The notes under the pieces: generated by a model
What the model saw: the letters and a program-made list of their open reading frames with translations, nothing else
The model's database searches: none
What the model was told of the DNA's origin: nothing
Source: Selaginella moellendorffii
Lineage: Eukaryota; Plantae; Lycopodiophyta
NCBI RefSeq assembly: GCF_000143415.4
Contig: NW_003314265.1
Coordinates: 4,026,443 to 4,090,442 of the forward strand
Direction: 5' to 3'
DNA: 64,000 nt
Translations under genes and position numbers: made by a program
Shown here: positions 46,960 through 58,949 of the stretch, one piece after another
How the letters are laid out: every line of letters begins with the position of its first letter
Position numbering within the stretch: the stretch's first letter is position 1

Positions 46960-49730
46960 CAACCCCTCCTCTTAGAAAGATGGAAGATAGTTAAGGTTTT
47001 TTGGTGGACAAGCTGAGACCTAGAGAAACATTAGGAGGAGGCATCAATGGATTTGTAGTTGGTGTCAGTTGTTCTTGATCCCTTTATATAAAATGTTTTA
47101 GCTGTTGCACATGTATAATTTTTGGAAGATCCAATAATTGACATATAATTGATATTATGCCAAACCTCATAAATTTAACTTGCTACAACACCTGATACAA
47201 TCTATTCCATTGAGCAAAGAGCCTTTTAGACAAATTATGTACCATAAGATTGGGAAAACAAACTAGTACTAAGTCATCCACTTTGTACATCATAGGTGGA
47301 TGATAATAGAAGTTGTAACACTATTGTTATCCCATTTGTATGTGGCCTAAGTGTTTAGCAAACTCTATTAGACCAAAGGAAGAATGCTCGTCAAATACTG
47401 ATCCCAAGACCTAGCATTGGTAGTTTGTAGCAATTGTGAAAAAAAACTCAACTTTATTAGCAATATCCGATCATAACCATATAAGAGTTTATATGATGAA
47501 GCACCAATAGAACTATGTATCCTTGTGACACACATATACCAAAAAGACAATAGATAATTATTACAATCTAAATATTGAAAGCTCATGTACTTCACAATCA
47601 CTTTGAAGGTTCAAATGAGTTATTCCACCAAACCATTTGTTTGTGGATAATAACGACTTATGAAAATGTGGCATATCCTTAACTGAGATGTTAAAATGTG
47701 AAAAGCCTCAACCATAAATATAGGACCATTATCCGAAAAAATTCGCTCTAGACAAGAATGTTGAAACCACTTGATTGAGGAGGATATGATCATGTCCTAT
47801 ATACCTGTTTAGATTAGGAGAATCATGGTAAGTATGGAGAAAGCATAGAATAAAGATTGAAAGCACCACTAGCTGTAAATAAAGATCATCAGGATTTGTC
47901 CTTACAAAATAAAAGTCATCTTTAAGGTGATATTGAGAATGTAAATGCTAAAATGGTAAATCATTAGCAAGTGCTGGAAGATTCTTAAATTCATCATGAA
48001 GCCTTTTGATTCACAACTCAACCTTTTGCACCTTATAAACTTTATTAAGAGAAAGTAAATCTTGCTCTGCACTTTGTAGATACTAAACATCAAGTATAAC
48101 AACTGCCGACAGTACAAAATCTTTATCCAAAAAATCTACAGATGCTGAAATAATAGATTTGTCAAAAATATGAGAAGAGAGCAAAGAAGGAAGAAAAGCT
48201 TGAGAAAAAACGTTAATATTAGCCATAGAACTTCTCGAGTAATGAAAAATATCTAAATTATATATCTGAAGCTTCAAAACCTATCCAACAATATAACCAA
48301 TTAAATTCTTCCACTTCAATAACAAATTAATTGCAACATATAATGTCTAAGAATTATATAGATATACATGAAGTTTCTCAAAAACCCAACTAATGCTAAA
48401 TACTCATTCTCTATTATAGAGCAGTTCATTTCCACTAGTTATAATGTATAAATGATGTATGTAATGGGATGGTGTTGATTAAACACATTTAGGCTCTCTT
48501 GCATTAACACACCTCTAATATCAATATCAAAAACATTCACACGCAAAATGAAAGGTTGAGTGTAGAATATGCTAAAATTGAAGGAGTCATCAATAGCTAT
48601 TTGAGATCCGTAAACACCTGCTCACAATCTACAGATCAGATGAAAGAAGATGTTGACAACTTTAACAATGTTTGCAATGGTGCAATATGATTAAAAAGAT
48701 GATAAACAAAATAGCTAAGATATTACACTTTGCCTAAGAAGCACTATACATCATTCACACACTTTAAAATAAGGAATTTAAGAATAGCCACAAATTTGTT
48801 AGGATTAATTTGCAACTTCAACTACTTTAGCTTTAAACCAACTTCCTACATCTAATCCAACATTTTATAAGCATCACCAATTTGTTTCTCCGACGTCCCC
48901 TTCGAGTGGATTAAGACATCATTGATGAAGTCAGTAATCACCTCCAATATATCACAAAAAACCTTATCCATCATCTGCTGGAAAGTCGGTGGAGCATTGC
49001 TCAAACCAAACAATATCACTAAGAACTCATATAAACCAAAAAATGTACAAAAAGTGATCTTAGGAATATCTTCCTTGGCTATTGACACTTGCCAGTACTC
49101 AAAAATAAAATTTAATTTAGTGAACCAACTACTTCTCCCCAAATGATCCATGAGATTAGCAATGTGAGGAAGAGGGTACATATCTAGGATCATCACTTTG
49201 TTTCATGGATGATAATTGGTGTAGAAATGAATACTCTCATCACAAAATGAGGTTCATATGTCTAAAGACATTGCAACTTTCAAATAACACCCTTTTCCAA
49301 CATCTTTTTAACGTTTGCACACAAAATTTTGATCTCTTTTGGTGACCAATGATGAATAAAAACCTTGATTGGACAAGCATCCTTAGTTGGAATAAGATGT
49401 CATATTGCAATTTTAGCCCCAAATTATAAATCAAATTCAAAGATATTAGCATACTCCTCTATGACCCGGTCAACTATTGCAACACAAAGACTGTTGAAGG
49501 GATCTAAAGAAAGAATAAAGGAACAAGATGGAAACATAAGAGAAAGTAATAAGGAGATAAAAGTGATGGAAACAAAGGTAAAAATAAAAAAATAAAGAAG
49601 AATAAAAGCGAGAGGAATAGAAAAAATATAAGTATGAGGGAAGGGGGAAAAACTTTAAACTCATATTTGGCATGATTGTGCTACAACCAATCAATACTAA
49701 GGATAAGGTCAAAAATTTAACTCGGCATCA
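46960..49730 (-). mobile_element. Degenerate Ty3/Gypsy pol relic
   Basis: RT YPLPHI...WFTKL...YWQV.I..EDIPK.TF...GLYEF...FGLSNAPPTFQ, integrase remnant HSSIGASSY.LLYG, and PPT-like AAGAGGAGGGG at ~46962-46972. Confidence 0.8.
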
Positions 49731-50037
49731 CTTGTAATAATTGCAACTCAAGCTCAAGATCACCTATATGCATAATTAGATTTGCCTCATCTCATACACA
49801 TACATGTGTATGAGGGTTGCTATAAAGAATGAAAACTTCCTTTGGCACATGACACAAATATAGATGGTAACATGTGGCAACAAGCCAAACAATAGAAGAT
49901 AATTCTAGTTTGTATTAATTAACACGGAGAGAATAATAGAAAACCTCTTGTTATAAAAATAAGTTTGGAAAGTAAACACTAGATAAATTAGTGTTAAATG
50001 AACCCCTTGATGATACTCTCAAAAGAAAGATGAAAAG

Positions 50038-51086
50038 TGTAAACAACTAAATTTTCCACTTTAATCACTTAATCACACTTTTGACCACTTGGAGAAGTCT
50101 TACTTATAACTTTTATAAGTCTTATTCATAACTTGGGGATTTGCTAGCCCTATAAATAGCCTCTATGCCATTTAGCCTTTGTATTTAGTCCAAATGCCCC
50201 ATGTGTTTGATCCCACGACAAACACCCAAAGGTACCACTAACATATTAACACATTATGTAAAAGTTATATTCAATCACCTTTGTATCATTGGTAATCTAA
50301 AGCCATCTATATCACTGTCCCATCTTTCAAAAACTAAGCTATCCATTTATGAGTGGTCATCTCATGACCACACTTTAGCATCCTTAAAACTAGGGATATG
50401 AGGAACACCATTCCCCAATATCCCTTTTTTAATTCCTATTAAATCCCTCTCCATCCACAACAATATTCGCCAACATTGCCATTGGGTTAAGGTTTGAAGG
50501 CCTGACTACCAAGTCTTATTAACCTCTAGAACTTCCTTACCACATAACTATATCCTTGGTCACTACGACAAAGTCAAGGGTAGGATTCAAATAATACAAC
50601 AAGTTGGTGGTGGTTTAGTCGAAGGCTACACTATAGGGGGATGGCATTCTCAAATGGTGGTGACAATAGCTCATTGAAGATCTAGATTGGGATCCCATAA
50701 CATAGAAATAAAGAGTGAGGAGCTTCTTCTCATTTGAAGTCAAGGGAGCCTCAATTGGTTTCTTGACCAATAGAGAGGAGGTCCATGGGGAGATCCCCAA
50801 GCTATGGAAGAAATGGATCAAGTAAGGAGTCAAGGCAAACTAGGTGTGGACAACACGCTTGCGTTCCGGAAATTATTAATACAGGAGAAAGTCAAGACCA
50901 CCTCTTGGTTGGTGGCAAACAACAAGTTACCAGTGGGACAACAGTTCTAGGAAGAAGCATCTAGGTGCCACATGGCTAGGCAAGAGGATTGTTCCTCTTC
51001 CTTTCCGCAATTATAATTTTGGGACACATTTTGAAACATTGTGGCCTTACGTGAGCCTTATGGGTACTCCCCCCACCTTCTGCCTA
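50038..51086 (-). repeat. Old inverted family-A LTR fragment interrupted by a family-E segment (~50571-50985)
   Basis: Begins TGTAAACAACTAAATTTTCC (LTR A end, reverse-complemented) and is diverged. Confidence 0.7.
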
Positions 51087-51580
51087 TCACCATCAACATG
51101 CCCTACTTATCTCTTGCTGGCAGCAACATATCACCTCTCATAACCCAAAAGGGACAACCAATGTTTTGTTTAGGAGACATGACAAACCACACCTCCACAT
51201 TGCCATCCTCCTAAGTTGGTGTTTGGGCCATAAACACCTATATCCATGCTCCTAATTTGCCTTGTTCCCTATTAGATTCCCTATTCCATTGCAATGCCAC
51301 AAAGTCTCCAGGTTTGAGACCTTCCTCAACCATCATAAATTGAAGACTTGCATACACCTTGTTGTCTTCCTCACGTCTTTATCCAACACTCCCATCAGTT
51401 GCTTAAGAGTTCAAAAGCTTCCTTCATGCAGTTTTTTGCAAATTGTATAGTGTTCTTCCTTACCCAACGTCTTGTTGTTTGCTTTGAAGAGATCATTGAA
51501 GAAAAGAGGCTGGTTCAGCCAATCCTCAACTCACCCTAGCTTCTCTTGACTAATAAGAAACTTGTTTTTGAACATCCTCT

Positions 51581-53235
51581 TTGAAGGACTCTATCATCCT
51601 TGGCCGCTCATGGCAAGTCACAGGCCATTGCACCATTGACAGCACAAAAGGCAAGATGGAAATTAGCGATGGAACCCATAACACCACCTTTCTCAACAAC
51701 CACGGTAGAGCTCTTTCTCAGCAAGCCCAGCAGGCTCAGACTAAGATGGCCACACCACACTTCCCTCCTGAGCTCACAGAGATTTTTTCTGAGTTGGCGG
51801 TGGAGTCGACCACCTATATGACAGATGCTTTCTCATGCAATGTGGTTGACATGGTTGGAGGTGAGTCAAATAGCCCGAGACATCTCTCAGATTCATTCTC
51901 TTTATCTGAGAGTAAGGCCAAGCCTCTAGACAGGCCCTCTTTATTTGATGGCAAGGCTTATAGAGTACGGGCTCCCATATCCAGCTTTTTGGAGTGTTTC
52001 TCAATAGAGGAAGGGCTTCTTGATTTGTTTCTTGCATGGGACCAACTCTCTCTTATGAAGCTTGATGACATAGTCACTCTAGACTACGTCCATCTTTTGC
52101 AGGACATAGCCGAACTCAATCCTCAGCAACTATTTGAGGTGTCGCACAGCCAGCATCTCCCTACTAAAATCGCGGTAGCCGACAACTCCGAGTGTATTCT
52201 ATCATGCCGTTTCTTGGAGATGGAAGATGACATCCAGACACAGACTTGGCAGAAAGAATCAAGTCAATCAGAGGTGCTACATGCGAGTTATAGCTCTTTG
52301 AGTTTAGAATTTCCTACCATGGAACTCCTGGTACAGGTCCAAGTGTATTACATTGAAACTTTAGCACTAGACTTGGACTGGACTTCGGTGGAGGATCTTC
52401 CTTCACTTGTAGAGTACTTGGCTACAGTCCTTGCATTGGACATTGAGCACTCAGAGCATCAGAAGCAAAGAGAACAATAGGCAAAGACTCTGGATCCAAC
52501 AACAACATTCTTGCCAAACTTGCCAGAGACGGTCTTGCCGGATGTGGTGTCTCTAGCATCTTTATTTGAAGAAGAGGACACTCCTATGATTACGGCTTAT
52601 TTTGACGGTGATTTCTGCCCCAAAAACCAGGTTGTCAGCATTGGAGTTTGGATGATTGATTCTGAGGAGAACAAAGTAGCCGACCTTTCTATCTCTTTGC
52701 TAGCAACATCAGCTAATGAAGCAGAGTACTTGGCGGCTATCAATGCCATGAAGTTGGCCACAGATCTCAAGTTTAGGCAAGTCACTTTCGTTGGAGATGC
52801 GCAACTCATTATATGCCAACTTACTAGAGAATACCAAGTCCGCAAAGAGAACCTGAAAGAGCTATGGCAGCAGGCGGTCAATGTGAAGGATGAGTTCTCT
52901 CAAGTGACATTTCCAAGTGTCCCTCATGAAGAAAACTTTTGGGTGGACAGGTTATCACATCGAGCAATCACCATGATGCGAGAGGCAAAAGGCACTCCCT
53001 ACTCTTTAGTTTCCAAGGTCAAGGAGGAATCTGAGATAGATAAGCCCTATGAGCCCAAGGTTTCTCCAGACTCTAGAGTTCATGTTGTTTTCCTAGGCAA
53101 TGACAAGGACCCGGTCTTTATTACCACATCACTTGCTTCAACAAATGCAGCAAAGCTCTTGGCTCTCCTTCACTGTTTCAAGGACGTGTTTACTTGGGAC
53201 TACAGCCAGCTTCTAGGAGTTCCCATAGACACAAT
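51581..53235 (+). pseudogene. Tat-type Gypsy fragment: protease tail - spacer - additional (archaeal-type) RNase H - pre-RT segment
   Basis: IILGRSW; YFDG...NEAEY...GDAQLII.Q....YQVR...EENFWVDRLS; then LL..FKDVF.WDYS.L.G. Stop at 52478. Confidence 0.85.
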
Positions 53236-53240
53236 TAGTA

Positions 53241-53816
53241 TTCGGACTCGGACTCGAACTCGAACTCGAACTCGGACTTGGACTCGGTCTCAGTCCCGGT
53301 CTTGGACTCGGACTTAGTCTCGGTCCCGGTCTCAGATTCGGACTCGGTCTCGTTCTTGGTCACGATCTCGGTCTTGGTCTCGGTCCCGGTCCCGGTCCCG
53401 GTCCCGGTTCCATCTCAGACTCCATCTCGAGTCCATCTTGGACTCCATCTCAGACTCCATCTCGGGTCCATCTCGGACTCCATCTCGGACTCCATCTCAG
53501 GTCCATCTCGGACTCCATTTCGGACTCTATCTCGGACTCCATCTTGGGTCCATCTTGGACTCCATCTCGGACTTTATTTCAAACTCCATCTTGTGTCATG
53601 TTTTAGTCGTTTTGTGTCTCTTTTCTAGAGACTCAATCATTGCTCGCTTCGTGCTTGTTCCTCGAGCACTTCGTTGGGAGTTCCACTCCCGTTCTCAACC
53701 TTTCAAGTCGGAGCTTTAAGTCCAAACATGTTACGCTTGTTTAGCTTTCACTTTAGCCATTACCATGTGGCACCCTTTCAGCTCCACTTTGGGGCCTAGG
53801 GATTTTATGTCTCACA
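53241..53816 (-). repeat. Inverted family-A LTR 5' part with tandem array
   Basis: GGACTCCATCTC repeats ending GGATTTTATGTCTCACA. Confidence 0.85.
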
Positions 53817-53949
53817 TGTGGACCCCAACCCTATTATGTTCCCTTTTGAAGGTTATCATGGAAATACACTTTAATAACTACATTCAATGCTTCCTTATAT
53901 TTGGTTGGGTTCCAATACATCACCTTGCCTCGAGCCCAGCTCTATAAGC

Positions 53950-54400
53950 TTGATTTGAAGGCATGGAATGCATCTATGTTGCCCATATCTATGACAAGGA
54001 TCCTTTTAGCCATAAATGCATTCACATACTCTTGAATGGTTTCTATCTATTTCAGCCTACTTAGTGCATCCCTTAAATGTAAAGTAGCATTTAGAGGGAT
54101 ATAAGTTGCATGGATCCTCACTTTCATCACTTGCCAAGTGGCCACCAGTCCTTTGTTGGTCTCTGTTATTCTCCACCACGAGTTAGCGTTATCTACTAAG
54201 TATAGTTTTGCATATGGGACTTTTTCTAAGCTTGGTATTCACAATGCTCAAAAGTAATCTTTCATATCGTAAAACCAATTTTGTATCATTTTATAGTCAT
54301 TCACTCCTTTAAAAATTGGTGGGGGCTTTAGTTTGTACTTGGGAATTGCTTAAGAGACTAATTCTACTTTGGTTTAATTGAACTTGTTCAGTTCCACTTT
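53950..54400 (-). pseudogene. Retrotransposon gag relic
   Basis: Minus strand reads KYKLKPPPIFKG..D...IQNWFYDMKDYF, with stops. Confidence 0.6.
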
Positions 54401-55173
54401 AATCCCTACCAAAGGGTCCTCACCTTTTGCACTACTAGTATATGCAAACTTTTGCCTTTTTTTCCGCTTTTTGTCACACTTTAGCTTGCATACAAAGGTC
54501 TTCAACAGAGCATTGGTTTGTGCTAATTGTCCTAGAATATCCAATCAGGCCTTGGACAAACAAACCTCCCAATCAGACTCTTGTTTGGAAGTTTCCTCAC
54601 TAGAGTTTTCCTCATGCAAGAATTCCTCATCCATGTAAGCCATAAAATTTTCCTTTCTAATTTGTCAGCTTACCTCATCTATCTGACCACTAGTGCCTTG
54701 GCCTTAGTTAAGTTCACTTAACAAAGTTCTTGCCTATTGTATCAGTCTTACTTGGGTTTAGCTACTCACTACAAGACTAACAGAGTGTTAACCATCCACC
54801 CACAAATTCCCAAATTCTCTCCCAATCCCCCTCCCCAAGTTAAATTGGACTAAAGGTTTAACTACACTCCCTACAAGCACAAGTAGCTAACCACTCCAAC
54901 CCTCTAGATTTCTAGCATCCCTTAGTATAACAAGACTTGATCATAAAACCCTCTAAATCCCAAGCCTTGGGTGCATCACTTGTTTAAGGACCCTTGAACA
55001 AAACACCATGACCTAATAGTCTAATATGGGTACCCTTACTCCACCACTTCTATCCCGAAGGGAAAGCCTAAGCCCCTAAAAAGGAACAAGGATCAATAAG
55101 CCACAAGATACTCAAATGGGATACCATTTCACATGAGCCAAGAGTATCATAGTTAATTTCCCTTCTGGGAGTG

Positions 55174-55565
55174 TATTAGGATCCTATCCCTTACACCTTA
55201 AACCAACTGGCTAAAGGGGTGATCACTTGATTGCAAGGCCCTTTCTTTATCCTATTATTCTAACCTGGTGCCTAACAATCCTCCCCTTGTCAGGGAATGA
55301 TCATCCGCGATCATACGCGGACCACCCTCCGGTCACCATGGTCATTCTCTTAGGGTCTACCAAACCTTGGTTCTCCCTTTAGATCCACCATGTTGAATAT
55401 TCCTTCAGAATACTCCTACCCCACTCATTAGCCATGAGAATCGAATTGAGCTTCGATACCAATGTTAGGATCCTATCCCTTACACCCTAAGCCAACTGGT
55501 AAAGGGGTGATCACTTGATTGCAAGGCCCTTTTTTTATCCTATTATCCTGATTTGGTTCCTAACA
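55174..55565 (-). mobile_element. TRIM (terminal-repeat retrotransposon in miniature), ~392 bp
   Basis: LTRs at 55174-55277 and 55463-55565 with TGTTAGG/CCTAACA ends (left copy starts TATTAGG). Minus-strand PBS TGGTATCGAAGC at 55461-55450 and PPT AAGGGGAGGA at ~55288-55279. Non-coding 185-bp interior; flanks match only partly (GAGTG/GAGCT). Confidence 0.85.
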
Positions 55566-55598
55566 GAGCTTCCTTGGATGGTCTCTCTGGCACCACTT

Positions 55599-57270
55599 TG
55601 TGAGACACAAAATCCCTAGGCCCCAAAGTAGAGCCAGAAGGGTGCCACATGGTAGTGGCCGAAGCGAAAGCCAAATGAGTGTAACACGTTTGGACCGAAA
55701 GCTCTGACTTGAAAGGTCGAGAGCGGGAGTGGAACTCCCAACAAAGGGCTCGAGGAACGAGTACGAAGCGAGCAATAAGCGAGGCTCCAAAAAGGGACCC
55801 AAAAGGACCACCACGTGACACGTGGATGAGTCCGAGATGGAGTCTGAGATGGACCCGAGTTGGAGTCCGAGATGGAGTCTGAGATGGAGTCTGAGATGGA
55901 GTCCGAGATGGAGTCCGAGATGGAGTCTGAGATGGAGTCCGAGATGGAGTCCGAGATGGACCTGAGATGGACCCGAGATGGACCCGAGTTGGAGTTCGAG
56001 ATGGACCCGAGATGGAGGCTGAGATGGAGTCCGAGATGGACCTGAGATGGACTGAAACAAAGTCCGAGATGGAGTCCGAGATGGACCCGAGATGGAATTC
56101 GAGATAGAGTCCGAGAAGGACCCGAGATGGAGTCCGAGGTCGAGACCGAAACTGGGACCGAGACCGAGACTGGGACCGAGACCGAGACCGAGACCGAGAC
56201 TGAGATCGGGACTGAGACCGAGACCGAGGCCAAGGCCGAGATCGAGCCTGAGTCCGAGTTTGAGTCCGAGTCTGAAAGGGTGAAAGCCCAAAGCGTTTGT
56301 CTCCCAGACCCTGGGGGTTTGGTGAGCTCCAAAAATATAGTAGGGGGAGGACTGCAGTGGAGCCAGTTTGGCCAGGAAAGGCCAGTTTGGCCCAGGAAGG
56401 CTGTACCCAGGTGTTGGGTGACGAGTTGACCAATGGGAAGTCCAAGACTAGAGTGAATATGGACCGACAAGCAGGGTAGCTTGGTAAAGTGTTCAAGAGC
56501 CGGCTCTAGTTCCCCCAGGAGATCGACTAGCCGATGCTCCCAGCCCAAGTGTGGGTGGCACTACCTACTTGGATACTAGGCGTGGCTCAATGGAACCTGG
56601 CTCTAAGTCCATGGCTAGAGCACCCAAAGGCGGAAAGCAGGGAGAGTACCCATGAAGCTTGCGTAAGGCCATGGTGTTCCAAAATGTTGTCCCAAAGTCC
56701 CAGACTGTGGAAAGGAAGAGGAGTAACCCTCTGGTGTGGTGACCAAGGACACAGTCACATGGTGAGGAAGTCCCAGAGGACTATGGGACTTAGTGGTTGG
56801 GCCTGTGAGCCTCGATTCAGTGGCAGTGTTGGCGAACACGGCCATGGGCAGAAAGGGACTTGATAGGGACCGGAAAAGGGATATTAGGGAGGGCTATTCC
56901 CTATGTCTATGGGCATCCTAAGGATGCTAAGAAGTGGATCTAAGATGATCACTCATGGATGGATGGCCCAGTCTTTGAGAGATGGGACAGTGATGTAGGT
57001 GGTGTTAGACCACTGGTGTGACCAAGGTGAAGGGGCATGGCCTTAGCGTAACAGGCTGATATGTTGATGGTACCTTGGGGTGTCGGTCATGGGATCGGAC
57101 ACATGGAGCACTTGGACCAAGTGCAAAGGTTGAGTGGTAGGGATGCCATTCTTAGGGCTAGCAAACCCAAGTCCAAAATAGGACTTATGGAGGTTGTGAG
57201 TGAGACTCCTCCAAGTGGTTGGAGGTGTGGTTAAGTGACTAAAGTAGAATGGAAAATTTAGTCGTTTATA
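55599..57270 (+). mobile_element. Solo LTR of family A
   Basis: Full-length LTR (end CA mutated to TA) flanked by TSD CACTT (55594-55598 and 57271-57275), with no PBS. Confidence 0.93.
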
Positions 57271-57569
57271 CACTTGAGTCCATACTCACTTCCACCCAAA
57301 GCCCCTAAGCCCCAGTCCCAACCTCAACTCAGTTTAGAAGCATCACTGAAGAGTTCTTTCAAGACTAGTTTTTGAACCTCGCTATCCCCTACAGCTCCCT
57401 ACCCCTCTTCTCCCCTGAGAGATTATCACTGTAGGCTTTCACCCCACGACCCACGACCTGTATTCGTATTTCGACTCGGTCTCAGATTTGATCTAGGACT
57501 CAACCTCAAACTCAGTCTTGGACTCAATCTCAGACTCGGCCTTAGACCTGATCTCATGAATGTGACTTT

Positions 57570-58875
57570 GGGTATTGCAAGATACTTGTCGGCTAGTCCT
57601 TATGGACACTCTCTTCTTATTGCCACGGAGGCAAGAGGTCGGTACTGCTGGTTCCCTTTATGGTTTTCACCTAAGCTAATTGAGAAACTAGTCATTGTGT
57701 GTGCACTTGACCAGATAAGCGTAAGGACAAAATTCTTAAATGCTATTAGTCAAGCATATTTGACCTAGTTAGAGAAATTCATTTATTGACTTGCACTTAC
57801 TAGTGTTGGGAACCCCCACGATATTGAGTCTAGTCCCTCAATATTGTTATATGGTAGCTTACCATGTCCACCAGACACCCTCACTATCATGCCCTTTGTG
57901 TTGGTTCTATTCCGGATCCATATACTATTTATGGTAAGTGTCTAGATCCATCCAAGAGGTATATCTATAGAATGGCAAGTGTCTAGATTCGTCCAAGAGC
58001 CATATCTATAGAATGTAAAGAGTGTCTTGGACCCTATAGTGTTGTTCCTACTCCTTGATCCGCAATCTAACTCCTGTACTAAGAGACTAAGAGAGGCTAG
58101 GGGTGAAAGCCCAAAGCGTGTGTTCCTCGGGGGGGGGGGGGGGGGGACGAGCTATGGGGGTTCTAAATGTATAATAAGGATAATGGTTCGAATGCATATT
58201 TGACCACTTGAGACATTAATTTGGCTCCTGTTAGGCTATGTTTCTCTTTGTTCTACATCGAGTTTAGGTCTAAGCCCAATCTCCATGTTGCTTTAGCCAA
58301 TGGGGTACCTTCTTCTTTGTGTTAGGCCACTAGTATGCCAAAATTGTGCCAAACACCGTCTAATACCATTTTTTATGTAGGTATTGAATACGAGAAGCTA
58401 GTGCTCATGGGATTAAGAGTGTACTAGACCCTCATTATGTAGTGCAAAAGGTTTGGATTTTAGCTCCAAATTCAAATGTATTACATTTGATATTAGAGAA
58501 TTTGTCTTATCCAACTTTTGTTGGAATTTCTAGCTCAAGTTGCATATGCAGAGACTTTTTTAGATGTGTAGGATTAGTTAGATTGCACCATTCAGTAAGA
58601 ACGTTGTATGTATATTCAATTATTGATAGAGGTATGTATGTAGCCACTAGTATGCCAAAATTGTGTTAGACACTATCTGACACTTTTTTGCATATAGATG
58701 TTGAATATGGAGAGTTAGTTCTCATGGGATTAAGAGTGTACTAAACCCTCATTATATAGAGCAACGGGCTTAGAGTTCGGCTCCAAATTTAGGTATGCTA
58801 CATTTGGTATCAGAGAATTTGTCTTAGCAATTCCTATCCAACTTTTGTCAGAATTTCTGATTCAAGTTGCATATG
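57570..58875 (+). repeat. Family D LTR-like sequence with tandemly duplicated 3' end (~317-bp period) and PBS TGGTATCAGAG at 58805-58815
   Basis: GCCACTAGTATGCCAAAATTGTG at ~58326 and ~58643, ...CTACA before the PBS, and a poly-G run at ~58128-58146. Confidence 0.6.
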
Positions 58876-58949
58876 TGTTTGGGGAAGGAGGGGTTCCTCC
58901 CCCAACACTTGCTCAAACACGAGAAATGCTTCAATGCTCTTTGCAAAAT

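Noticed and set aside
50038-53816. A single inverted solo LTR A spanning both fragments
   Set aside because: The flanks (AAAAG vs TGTGG) give no TSD and the two parts differ in apparent divergence, so they are treated as separate fragments.
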